Program-made: the position numbers and the translations under genes | Notes under the pieces: model-generated | Databases searched by the model: none | What the model saw: the letters and a program-made list of their open reading frames with translations, nothing else | What the model was told of the DNA's origin: nothing | From: Tubiluchus corallicola | Lineage: Eukaryota > Animalia > Priapulida | Assembly: GCA_030141605.1 (NCBI GenBank) | Contig: JAQGDQ010000026.1 | Coordinates: forward strand, 806,001-870,000 | Length of the DNA: 64,000 nt | Direction: 5' to 3' | In this document: in pieces, positions 12,675-24,792 of the stretch | How the letters are laid out: every line of letters begins with the position of its first letter | How positions within the stretch are numbered: the stretch's first letter is position 1

Positions 12675-15223
12675 TCCATTTGCCAAGAAGGTTTTACACA
12701 GCCTATTGGCGTGAAAACTCACATGAACAGATACAAGTAATCACACATTTTCGTTCATAACATCACCGAAATTGGAAATTCTACTCAGAAACATATTCTT
12801 CAAAGCATCATAAGTAGAACTTACTTATATGTCATACACTCCGGGCATATAATCCTCCAGCTTTATTACGTCATGAACATTTTATGATATGAAACAAAAG
12901 TGTGAATGTGCTCAACCAAACCAAAGCACTATGCTATTCATTAGTATAAGTTTATTGATAGTCAGCACCTTGTGTCTTTTCAATTTTTTCTGAATACAAG
13001 CAAACTGTCATCTCTCCTAAATGTCAGACAAACAGTATTTGGTTAATTGTTTAAAACTCTATGGTTAGTTGTTTAGAACTCTTGTGAAATGCTACTTGCT
13101 TTAATTAAAATATAGCTATATGATATGAAGGTGATGTAGGGATTCCTTTAGACAGTTTTCCACTTTGCAAAAGCACTTATACAGGGCCAGAGAGAAAAAC
13201 ATTCCCGCAAACTAGCTCCTAGTCTTTCTTCCTGGTAGAGGCACTTGTAAAAGGAACCTGCATCATCGTGTAACTTGGTTTCTCCTTTTTCCAAAGAACT
13301 GCAGATTTGTCTCTGAGACCCGCAGCAAGTGTTGCTAGGTCATTTTTTCTACATTGTGTTTCTCTAGAAACAGTAGGTGATTCACCTAGAAAAATACCCA
13401 TTTTTGTTCATGCTAGTAGCATTTGATGGGGTTTTTACAGGAAAATATGTAGCTCCTAGAAAAGATGAGAAACTCAAGCTATGCAGCGTTGCAGGCCTCT
13501 TATACAAACACCTGTACTCGGATGAAGTATTAAGACGTTCTTGGTGGAATTTTTTTCTGGACAAACTTGTACTTATTGGATGTTGCCAAGAGGCTATTAT
13601 GGAATATCAATTCATTTTCTAACACATTTGGCTGGAGCAGAATCATACTAGACTTAAGTTTTGGACAAAATGTAGCTGCTGTAATCAATTGTGTAAATAT
13701 GTCGGACATCGCAGTATTATTTTGACTAAGTAGCAAGGCCGCTTGTCATAACACTCGTGTATGAAAACAAAATATAATTACCAGCAATTCTGTTTTTATT
13801 TGACTCAGAAATCTTTTTATAGCACTTCGCCAAGTTTTCACAGTTACCATGAAGACAACAGAATCACATGATGTTGGTGTTTGCAAACTGTTGCCACACG
13901 TTTAACATGTTAAATGAGTGATTTTATCATTGATGATAAATTAGGCAAATTTAGCATAGTATTGGCATTGCTTCACCAAAAGCAAGTGTGAACTGCTCAC
14001 TCTCTTGAGTGGAAGTTGTATGACAGGTGACAGTGAAATGGCACTTACAAATTAAATCTGGCGTTAGCACAACTACTATGGGTTTTGGCAGTCATAGAGA
14101 TGATGAGAAAGCTCATCAGTTAACTTGGTTTATTATGTCAAGAGAACCAGTTTTAAATTGTACGAGAGTCGCTCGCCTTGAAAACTTCTTTGGTACGAGC
14201 AAAAAAACAAAACACATTGCACACAACAATTAAAAAATTAAGACGTGTCCAACCATCTAAATATCATTAAAAATAGCATATAAAAACGAAAAAAGTATGG
14301 TATGCACTTCGTCATTTAAAAATTTCTGTATAGTAAAATAAGTAATTATAGCAAATTTTCATCTGATAAATGTTTTCTCTTTTAAAACGATTATATTGGT
14401 TTATGTGATAATAATTTTGAATTACGTGTAGAAAAAATCAACACAAAGAAATGTTAAAAAAGTGTTAATGCTGTAGTTAAAAATTAATAGTAACACTAAT
14501 GATGGTATAACAAAACTTCAGTATCTTAAAATATAATGATAACATTCCTATGTTGACTATGTTGATTTGAAAGGCATTCAGTAAAGACGAATATAATCAA
14601 TAAGATATTAATATAATGTATTCCTCTGCCATTCAATGCCATTTATTTACTTATCTTTCTCCTTGTATTTCTTCCATCACAATAATCTTAGAAGCAAGGC
14701 AGTAAATCTCGTCTCTCTTGGCAAAGGCTATGATTATGCAACAATTGTAGTTAGTTAACAATGACTATAGACCTACAGGGAAGTCAGTAGCGAGAAGCCA
14801 TTTTGCTGGAAAGTTGGACTTATGTTCCTCCAAGCTGCCAAAACAAAAAAACGATACTGAAAGAATAGATGGAGCTATGCCTCAGATCTACGCCCCAGAA
14901 CTTTGACTTGATTTAGTATTATAACTATTATGCTTTAAAGGTATTTGTACAGTAATAAGTAAGTGAAATCGAAAACTAAAATAGTACTGACAGGTAGTGC
15001 CAACTGTGACTAATAAGTAACCTCAGAAATGCTCAAGCTTGGTGCTTTGTTGAGAGAGGGACTCTACCAATGATCTAGTCTAAGTAACTGCTTCTCTTCA
15101 ATCAAGTTGATAACTTTTTTAAATAACGTCAAATTGTGCGAGATCAAAAAGAGACCCTTCATCTGTGACAGTGGTGTTCCTGTGTATTTCGAATGCTCCC
15201 TTAAATATCACGCTGCAGTTTCC

Positions 15224-18200
15224 TCACGTTTGGCGTTTTTGCTCTTCCTTGGATGTTCCAATAGTGATCGGTATTTCAAGAAAAACACCTTTTCCAAAAA
15301 ATGCATTTTTTGGTTTTACAATTGCCTGAAATAAAATACAATTGCTTATTAATAGTAATGCAGAATATTTTTTTGAGATTTAACTTCAAAGTTAGTCAGA
15401 CATGCAGTCAGTTATACATTCATCCACTCATGTTTTCGTTCACATGTTCTTTCATTTATTCATTCATTCACTTGTTCATTTATTTGTTTATTCCTTCGTT
15501 TGTTTGTCCGTCCATGCGTCTCGTCCATTTGTTTATTCTTTTACTGGTTCGTTGTTTGTTTACATTTTCATTCTTTCATTTTGTTTATTTATTCCTTCAT
15601 TCATTTGTTCATTGATTCATTAATTTATTCATTCATCTATTCGTTCCTTCAGGCATTCATTCATTAATCTATCTATCCACATTCATTCACGCACCTCGCT
15701 CATTCTCCATCTGCCCTCTCACTCATTCATTACTTCATTCATCCATTCGTTTATTCACTCACTCACACATTCATTCAGAGTTTAGAGTTTAAATTATTGT
15801 ATAATTTTTGTACAAATACGGTAATACTCACCCGTATTACATATTTGACGTCGATAAGCTTGCATAAGTTCAGAAAACTACTTGGTCGAAGGTCTGCTGG
15901 TAAACTCAGCGCTGCTTCATGTACACCTTGTTGCCGCCCTTCGGGCAGATTTTGTTTAGAAGTTACCGTTACAATATTATTATCTTCACTTTTGCTGGAA
16001 TTGGTAGCGTGGTAAGTCAGCATCTATAATCAAATCAGTTTTACAATAATATATTTCCTAAATTCATTTGTTTATTTAATTATCCTTAAGTTGCCAAATT
16101 AAATAAGCTATTACATCAAAGTGTTATAGGCCTATTAAATTTTTGGAGTTTCAGACTTGTTAAGAATTTACATAGCTGGCATTTGTTCCTCTCTCGAACA
16201 AGTTTGATGACATTCTGACAACTACACTTACTTTACCAGAATTAGAAATCCTAACTTAGATGTGTTGCCTAACATTTTAAATAAACTCCAGGCTGATTCA
16301 ACTGGTTCCTTGAACAGCTTCTGTGAGACATCATGACATTTTTGTAGGTGTCATATAGCCGCTTATTGGTCTGCAAACGCTTGGATTCACTTTGTTATTC
16401 GCAACTACTGCTAGCTTCATTAGTGCCCGAAGCATCAGAAGCTAATATTATCGAGCACGATACTGGCAAACGTGCAGAGGCAAACATAAAGCACTAATCA
16501 AAAAGATGCGAAACACCCTTTTGTGTACGTCGGGCCCAGTTCAAAGGTCCCTTTCAAATGTAATTAAATTCAGAAAAGCGCTTTATTAGGTATTGTAGTC
16601 AGAAACACCATCAATATGGATAGGTAGGCTAAAAAGATAACAGTCTAGGAGATCATTGGTGCACACCGAAAATAAGAAAGGACTATATAACAACGACAGA
16701 ATATGAAGCAACTATAACACTCATGCACATGCAAACGAGAATTTTCCTTCATAAAAGTGCAAATTATTGAGTTATGGTCTTATTAAAAGACGTTTTTGTC
16801 AAGGGCTCATTTACCTGTCTCACCTAAAGCGATTTAACTTTGAGGTTCTATTAATATGCTCAATAATTAACGAAAGCAAATCAGCAGTAAAATGACGAGC
16901 GAAAACCACGCATTTTTATCTATTATTTTATTTTTATTTTAGATTTAAATAAATACATAAAGTACTATATAAATGCAAATAAGTGGTGCAGATTATAAAA
17001 CTATATGCACATGATAAAAAACTGTACAACAGGATCATATGTTAGTTAACAGGTGGTTAGTTAATAACACTACACATCAACTAGTAACAGCATTGTCGTG
17101 CATAATAAATGGTCGTTTTACATGACTTGAAAGATCTTATTGATAAATGGTATCAGGTTTACAGAGCGCTAATTCTAATGATCAGATTTCTCATCAGTTA
17201 TCATTGTCATTATGCAACGATAATTTAAACCAATTTCCATGAAAACGGAAAGGACGAGCTGGTAATATAAAAGTTTAACTTGCAGAGCAGACGAGCGAAG
17301 GTCCACGCTTTTAAGACGACAGGTGGAATTCCATCAGATATTGATCAGCAAGGTTTCTAATGTAATCTCCGAAATTCAAAACATACCTGGTCAACCCACG
17401 TGACGCATTTTGTAATAGCACTGGAACTTCGGTTATCTATGTCCAACTGAACATCAATTGTCTCTCCAGTTATCCATCCTCGTCTTGGAATACTCATAGA
17501 CACAACGACTGGTGATTGGTCGAAACACGAACAACCAAATAGTTTTTCATTCTCTTCTTTGACAGGATTCTAGAACAAAAGTTTAAATGATAAAAGTCTG
17601 TCAGAAAAACCATACACAAGAGGCAGAGAGCAAAATAAACAAATTCAACATTGTTTCAGTGCAGTCGAACCATCTTGCTTTTGTACAAAAAATTAAACAT
17701 CTTTAGGGTGCATCTCCCCATCTTGAGCAAAACTTGATAGTGTCAGAGAATGTAATATCTGATACTGTACATGCATAATCGCCCTATAAAGTGGCGTTTA
17801 TGTAGCATCCGGAATAGATAAAATCGGTTTATATTGTTTTCAATGCACCCGTTTGTGCAGCCTGCGTATGCATTATTCTTTTTCTGCAGCTATTCCTACT
17901 GATTTTTCCGCAGGCCGTTCCGCAAAGGGAAACATACGCATATGCGCGAGGAGAGAATGTTCGAGGGGTGAAAGGCACACTTTATGAATGGAGTACTCAT
18001 TGAAGGTTATGTTTTCCAATTTTTTGTTTCGTGCTAAATCTGTAGTTGATACATACATACAAGTTATAAATAATATGCATGCATTAATGTTACATATCTT
18101 GTTGAAACGTTGACTGTCAGGAATTTCTTATGATATTATGAATTTCTTACTACAATGATAATCCCATTGTAGTAAATTAGTAATAATTATAAAAACGACA

Positions 18201-21200
18201 AAAGAAAAAAGGGTGCAACGTTTTGAATTATATCTCTTTTCGGGCAAACAAAAAAGTCGAAAAAGAGAAAAAATCACTAGGAATTACTGGAACTACTACT
18301 AAACAAATTTTTTGAGAATTTTTGTCTATATTATGAATACATATAAAGGATAATCACACATAAAAGGATACAAGCACAGCAGAAAAAACAAGGAAGGAAG
18401 ACATTCCCTTGTTTTGGGTTAGGTGGCCAAGGTGATCAATATTTCGGACTGTAACAACACAATATTGGGTTCGAGACTAGCGTCTGCAAACAAGAGATGG
18501 GCGGTTATCACTTTCTCGTTTATCCGCATAGGCAAACCGCGGATTGAGAGAAATTTGAATATCCGTGTTCCGCAATATCCGCAAAAGTGTAGGCAACAAA
18601 TTAACTAGGCTTGCTATGTGTGCCCTATTGTTAAAAACCGTTTTTTGTATGAAGCTAGGAATTATATTCGCGAATCAATAATAAATTACTAGCCAGACCC
18701 CCATTTTGCTTGTAAACCTCCAACGGCAACTCACACAGCACGATGTACATAGTACATCACTCGACAATATCATGCCCATCAGACCACACCACAAACCATA
18801 GTAGACTCGAGTAAAAAACTATAATATTTGTAATTATGAGCAATGTTTTGCGTCTGGAAATTTCCAGGTAAAATATCGGGAAGCAGCAAAAAAGCAAGAG
18901 GTGACGAGAACGTATTAAAATAAACTAGTGATGAAAGTCGTTTAATGTGACAACAAGTCTTTTAACGCGCAAGGGAATGCTTAACGAACTGAAATTGGGT
19001 AAACTTTTGAGAAAACTTATTTATTTATTTATGAAAATTTATTTAACATAAGTTTTGCATGCTGCTATTTTAGGCATTAAAAATCGCACTCCGCATATCC
19101 GCACTAATCACTATCCGCACTAATCACTATCCGCAGCCTGCAAAATATGCGGATTCCGCAACCGCTCTCCGCCCTTCTGCTGCAAACGCTAGGTCATATA
19201 TCCTAAATGTTATTCGTTGTTTGTTGTGTTGTTACCCGTATAAGTTGTTATAAGTTAGTGTTAATGTTGTCTGTTAAACGAGGAACGGTAAATAAATAAA
19301 TGTCTTACGGAAGTATGAATATGTTAGGTAATATTGTTGAGTTAATGTAAACAAAAAACTCCCTAAAATAGTTTAGTAGTTCTAGTAAGCCTTGTGATTT
19401 CTCTCTTTTTTGTTAATTTTTCACCTGAAGAGGAACTATAGTGGCATTTCGAAACGTAGTGCTTTCTTTATTTTTCTCTGTTTTTTAATTGGGATTTTTT
19501 TATTCATTGACTGTCGCACACCGAGTCTGTATCGAGCTAAGACTACCTTTCTGGCTATGACAAAAGTGATAGCAGTTGATGATATAGTTTTGCATTTTAC
19601 CAAATTAGGTCGATCTATATAATTCAAAAAATTGCATATATCGTTTGAAGTTTTTACTTCCATCTCAAAACATGCGAAATGCTACGCAATTACTGTAAAA
19701 ACTGGTATAAAATTACAATACAATACAAAACGAGCCATTAAGAGATTCAAATGCTATTAAGTCAAATGTAAATAAAGGCTTGAATAAAGCGCCGAAATGC
19801 TTCTAAACACAGAAAGTCATGCGCATCAACAACTTTTGTAATTCATAGGTTTTCACAAAATTTCGTTAATATTAAAATAAATCGTCAGCCTTGATTTCAT
19901 ATAAGTGTTTTAAGCTTGGTGTATTTTACCACAACACATACCATAATTTGTGGCGTATTTGAAAGTTCCAGTTTATCGGTGGACTTATTTCGAACTGCAA
20001 AAGCGAGTGTGTGGCTTGGATCAGGCGCATAAGGAATGTCCACATAACCTTCACAGAAGTAATGCACCTTTCCAGCAGACCCAATAAACGTGGGCGGCAG
20101 ATGGAAAGGAAGATTGTGAGAAAATGTGTAGGCGAACGTCCCCACATCGAGTTCTTTCTTTTCATAGTTGTCGTCAGTTGTTTCTGTAACGAATCAACAT
20201 TAATGCCTACATAAAAAACACACAGATGCCTGAGCAAGACAAGCGAAAAAAAACGATGGTTGTGGATAATAATTCCACTTTTGAAAAATTAAAAGTATTT
20301 TTATTGCCTGTTTGTAGTGTTTGTATGGACAGCTATGCATTATGCAGCACGCCGATTTGTTAAATTTTAACCAAAATTTCAGCAACTTTTTTGTTGCGAT
20401 TTTTGTTGAGAGGCAGCCGCACTGTGTGGCCCGCAATTATTACAGGCGGAAAATTGGAAGTTATTGTCAAGTTCATATATTCTATCTGCTATGATGGCAT
20501 GTATTACACAAGTAATTAAGTATGCGACAATTTCTAATCAAGACTATAAACTGAATATAGTACCATTACGAAAACATTATTAGGGACAATTCACAACAAC
20601 TGTTGTTATACGTGTAGAACATGTAATCGCGCTGGTATTTAATAGGTATGTTACACTGCAAAAATGTATATACCCGATCCGAAAAGAGTGATTTTCTCGT
20701 TCAAGTAAGTTTCTTCATCTTGGTGTACAGTTCCACTCTCGCTGGTCCCCTCCTCCCATTTCACATCTGCCTTTCCAATCAGCTTCACTCGTATTGCTGT
20801 AATCAATCAATCACCAGCCACTCACTCAGTCAATCAATCAAACATTAATGAGTTATACATAAAAGTTCAAAATTATGTTGAAGAACAGTATATTTACTAA
20901 TTTGACATGTATAAAATTCTTATGCATGTTTTGAACAAATTATCTTACTCAACAAGCAGAAAAAAGGTAATTCGTTCTAATTCGTTCTTCTGAATTTTTG
21001 ACTTATTCATTTATCTAACAATCTAACATTTATAATACGAACAAATTTATAACTGTGGTAAAATAATAAAAATCCTTGTTGTTGTTGCTGCTATATATAA
21101 TTTATTATGTTATATTATACTATATTATTACATGTTGTTATTATATATATATGTAATGTGTGTACGTGCGTGTTTGTGTGTATGCAAAACTTTTCCTGCA

Positions 21201-21574
21201 TCTAGAGGACCGTTTATGTAAATATGTATTTTAAAATAAAAGGTTAATCATCATCGTCGTCGTCGTCATCATACTCATCATCATCATCATGATTCTTTTT
21301 ACTAGTTTACTATTGGTGCTGTGGATGCTTCTGTTAATCAGGAGTGAATGTTAGTCATAAAATTAATATTATTGTCGCTATTACCGCTGCATGCTTTTTC
21401 TACAGAGTATATTAAGGTAACCCTACCTCGAATGCTTGTTTGTTTACTGAAGACGTCCACAATTACTTTCCCCGAGACAGTGTCGCCTGCTTCATATACT
21501 GGTTTTCCTTCACTCCACCGTGGGGCAGCACCCGTCTCGTCGGGGTACAACGTAAGATCTACTTTAACTTTCAT
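15224..21574 (-). CDS. Arrestin domain-containing (alpha-arrestin, ARRDC/TXNIP-like) protein, ~329 aa, 6 coding exons
   Basis: Exons 21574-21427, 20796-20674, 20183-19942, 17569-17387, 16023-15832, 15325-15224 are all GT-AG and phase-compatible (990 nt). Motifs: VYEAGDTVSGKV, IRVKLIGKADVKW, LPPTFIGSAGKVHY, GWITGETIDVQLDIDNRS, CKLIDVKYVIR, LEIPITIGT. A non-coding first exon probably ends at 21877 (GTAAGT donor). Confidence 0.9.
15417..15776. repeat. Degenerate (TTCA/ATTC)n tetranucleotide tract in an ARRDC intron
   Basis: Dense TTCATTCA/TTTATTCA repeats; source of the F/I/H/S-rich ORFs. Confidence 0.85.
18416..19300 (+). mobile_element. tRNA-derived SINE interrupted by a hAT MITE
   Basis: Pol III A-box-like TGGCCAAGGTG (18424) and B-box-like GGTTCGAGA (18468); body resumes after 19187 and ends in an (AAAT)n tail near 19289-19300. 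Confidence 0.6.
18492..19179. mobile_element. Non-autonomous hAT-type MITE
   Basis: 8-bp target-site duplication CTGCAAAC at 18484-18491 and 19180-19187; imperfect TIRs AAGAGATGGGCGG / CCGCCCTTCTG; many subterminal (AT)CCGC motifs at both ends. Confidence 0.8.
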
Positions 21575-23418
21575 TTTGTGTCTAAGAACACAAAATTTCA
21601 TAAATATTATTGCAACAAATATTACGACAAACAAAGGTTTTCAGAGATTTTCTAACAGTATTACCATTTTTATATGTGTTCCAAAAATAGGCTTATTTAT
21701 GCGCTACTTTTATGCATGAACCGAGAAAAAGACAGCATATTTTGCAATCAGGACCTCGCCAAAAATGCAAAATTGTTGTTCGCCGCACAAAATCACCATA
21801 TCGTCTGCGCATTATGGGGCCAGGAAGCTAGAAACGGCAGCCTGGAATAACAGAAAACCAAATCTCATACACTTACGTGAAAGAATCCTCGCAAGTTTAC
21901 ATCTGCAACTTCACAACTTTTTTAACATTTTCTTGTCGAGTTTTCCTGTACAGAAGTAACTGCACGTATCATAACTATTTTCCAGCCGCGCAGCACCTCT
22001 TTGCTATTATGTACATGCGCTATTCATTCAGTGAGTCTCAACAGTTGCAACAGATCTGGCCTCGTTACAAACGTTAGCCTATTTTCCACAGCAAATGTTT
22101 CTTACCGCCACAGGTTATATTTCGGTTAGGAATTGTAAGAAACGAATGACTTGTTCCCGGGGAAGTAATCCGGTCCATCCGTCACATTAAGTTTGCCAAT
22201 GGCATCCGTTAAACAGCACGAACGACGAATATAGCTAGAGAGTAACTGCTGTCGCTCTCGAACAGCTGAAACCAGGTGGCGTAGCAGATTTACTATAAAA
22301 ATGAGTTACCAAGCACATTCAAACAGAGTAGTTGCATCAAGCACGTCAAACAATAATAGATATATCTTGTTTCGACGCAAAGTAAAGTTATTACACGATT
22401 AGTTTTTTCAGGTTTAGCTAGTTAGCACAAAATTGCAGAGAGGCAAGCGTGATGCGATATTTATGCATATGCACCACGAGCCTTGCGTGAAACCCTCGGA
22501 CTGGGAACATTCAGGAATCCATAACGTAACTTTATACATGAGGCCAAGTGCCAAAGCGACATGAAGATAACAGCTGGTTTTGAGAGCTCAAACGTACGAT
22601 GCGGTTTCTAAGATCGGTGAAATTGCTAATCTTGTTCACTGCAACCAATGACAGACATGAAACACTGTGACTTAGTTTATTCACGAGACTGCATTGCCTT
22701 ATAGCTGTTCATATGTTTCAAAATTAAAAGTGTTTTTTCGAGCGTTCGTTTAAGTAATTTTCAGCAAATGAAAATTTTAAATGGGATTTAGAAAGGGCAG
22801 AGGTTTCCGAACTTTGAAAACATTTTAAACATTTTAAATTCTGTCTATAACCTTTTAAACTATCATATTTGTTTCTGTTGCATGGCGACTTGCTCGACTT
22901 ACCTTACATTTTCTTTCTTCACAGAGTTTACTTTTTGCCGTTTTGCCTGAAAAATTTTGCTTTTTCTAAAAAGTTTTGTATGTTTTTATCTTAAGGCTTA
23001 GATGCTGAAGCTGCATGCAGGATTAGGCAGGCAATGTGAAAAATTTACACATTGTATAAAATTCCTAGGCATTTCATATAATACTTACACATTTCGGGCG
23101 AAGTGTGATATAAATGTTTTTACTGCTACATTTTCGCACTTTACCAACTTTAGTTTCGCATATGTACAGGTGTGAAATTGGTACAGGTAATCTAGATACG
23201 TTTAATGCATGCTTTCCTCTCGTTCGTTATTTTCAAAATGCATGTAAGTGATACCTCGACAGTTATTGAGAAGTAAATGTCTTGATTTGTCTACATAGTT
23301 GAGATTTGGCTTTTGAGCATATCGTAGCGCTTGACACGTCAAATGTCTGTCCGCTCCATACTGTTCAATTTTGACATTTCTTTGACGAGATTAATTGAGA
23401 TGTTTTGATTTATAATAT

Positions 23419-23904
23419 TGTGAAACGTTCTTAAATGATCTAATTCTAGTCGAAATGGTCTATGGAAAACGGAACCTGATCTAAACTTGTGTTGTTGCAC
23501 TCCAGGCAAAGACCGAGTCAGGTAAGCTAGACTGACGTATAACGTGCTAGCGGTGAGGCAGAGAAGTGGCGATCTGTGAGGGCAGCTGTCAAAACTTGGT
23601 GGAATGGAATGACGGATAGAATGATATGCAACTGGAATGGAATGACATGCTTTGTTTATAATATAGGTGATGGAGTGATGAAACCATGGTTATGGAATGG
23701 AGTTGCAGTGAGCACCAAGACTCTCGGCAAATCCGATACCTGTACGCCTATAGCCTTGTACTGTCTTGTTTCAATGAAACGTGCACAGTTTTCTTACGTC
23801 AAATATGTGTGATTATTTCAAATAAAGAGGTTGAATTTAATGCTTAGTCAATTTGATTTAATTGGGATTATTGTCTTTCAGTATTTTTTCCTACACATAT
23901 CACA
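23419..23904 (+). mobile_element. Possible LTR remnant
   Basis: TGTGA...TCACA inverted ends, AATAAA at 23821 and PBS-like TGGCGA a few bases downstream; no matching TSD found. Confidence 0.3.
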
Positions 23905-24792
23905 ATCAGTAGTGGCGATACATGTTAGAGAAATAACACAGAACCTTGACACGTGCTTTAGAAAAACCCGTGTTTCGGCTTAACATGTCTATAATTTGAT
24001 AGCTAATAAAAATCACTTTTGTGAGCTGCGCTATCGAGCCTAACAAAAACAATCCACAAAAATAAGTTCACCGTTACATACATATTAAATTAATTTAAGG
24101 TTTATTTAATTAAATTGTTTAAATTCCGACGTAAAGCGCATTATTTTCTGTAGTTAAACACAAGAAAGGGCCAAAACTTGCAAACTATGGCTTACAAAAT
24201 GAACTCGTAGTTTGGGTTGAAAAGTATTTAGCTACTCAAATTGCTTTTTGCCAATAATGCAGTCAGTCTCGGGAACTGTATTGTTCGATTTGAGCAATTT
24301 TTAATATTTGAGAAATTTTATTGCCAAGTTGAATAGCGCCGGTTAATGATTTTCAGCTAACCAGATTCGTTACTTAATTTTGATTTTCGTGTATGCGTTC
24401 TTGTCGACATCTTATTAGCTGTTCAATTTTTTCATTCTGAATCACCGAGTCAAGTAAAACACAAAAAACGCGATTAGTTACTGGTTAATTGCTTGTAGGC
24501 CTAATCATTATACTCATCTTAGGTCTCAGGATATTCATTTTAAGTAGGCCTAATATCGTAACTGGTATTTGCATGTTGAAATTATTACGTGCTGCAAATA
24601 CTACAGACTAATTACACAGTGAAACCCAACCAGCTGCTTTTACCCAAAATCCCTTTATTAGTCCTCATATACACGAATTTATTTTAGAAAAATAAATGTA
24701 TAACACAACTGTACAAAAAAATGTTTCTTCGATCACATTTTTACTGGTAGCTACAACACTTGGAGTTCTGGTAACTGCGATTCCACAAGCAT

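Noticed and set aside
15301-15623. Hydrophobic plus-strand ORFs resembling membrane proteins
   Set aside because: Derived from a degenerate TTCA repeat within an ARRDC intron.
18416-18491. tRNA gene
   Set aside because: A/B boxes are present but there is no cloverleaf acceptor stem; better explained as a SINE head.
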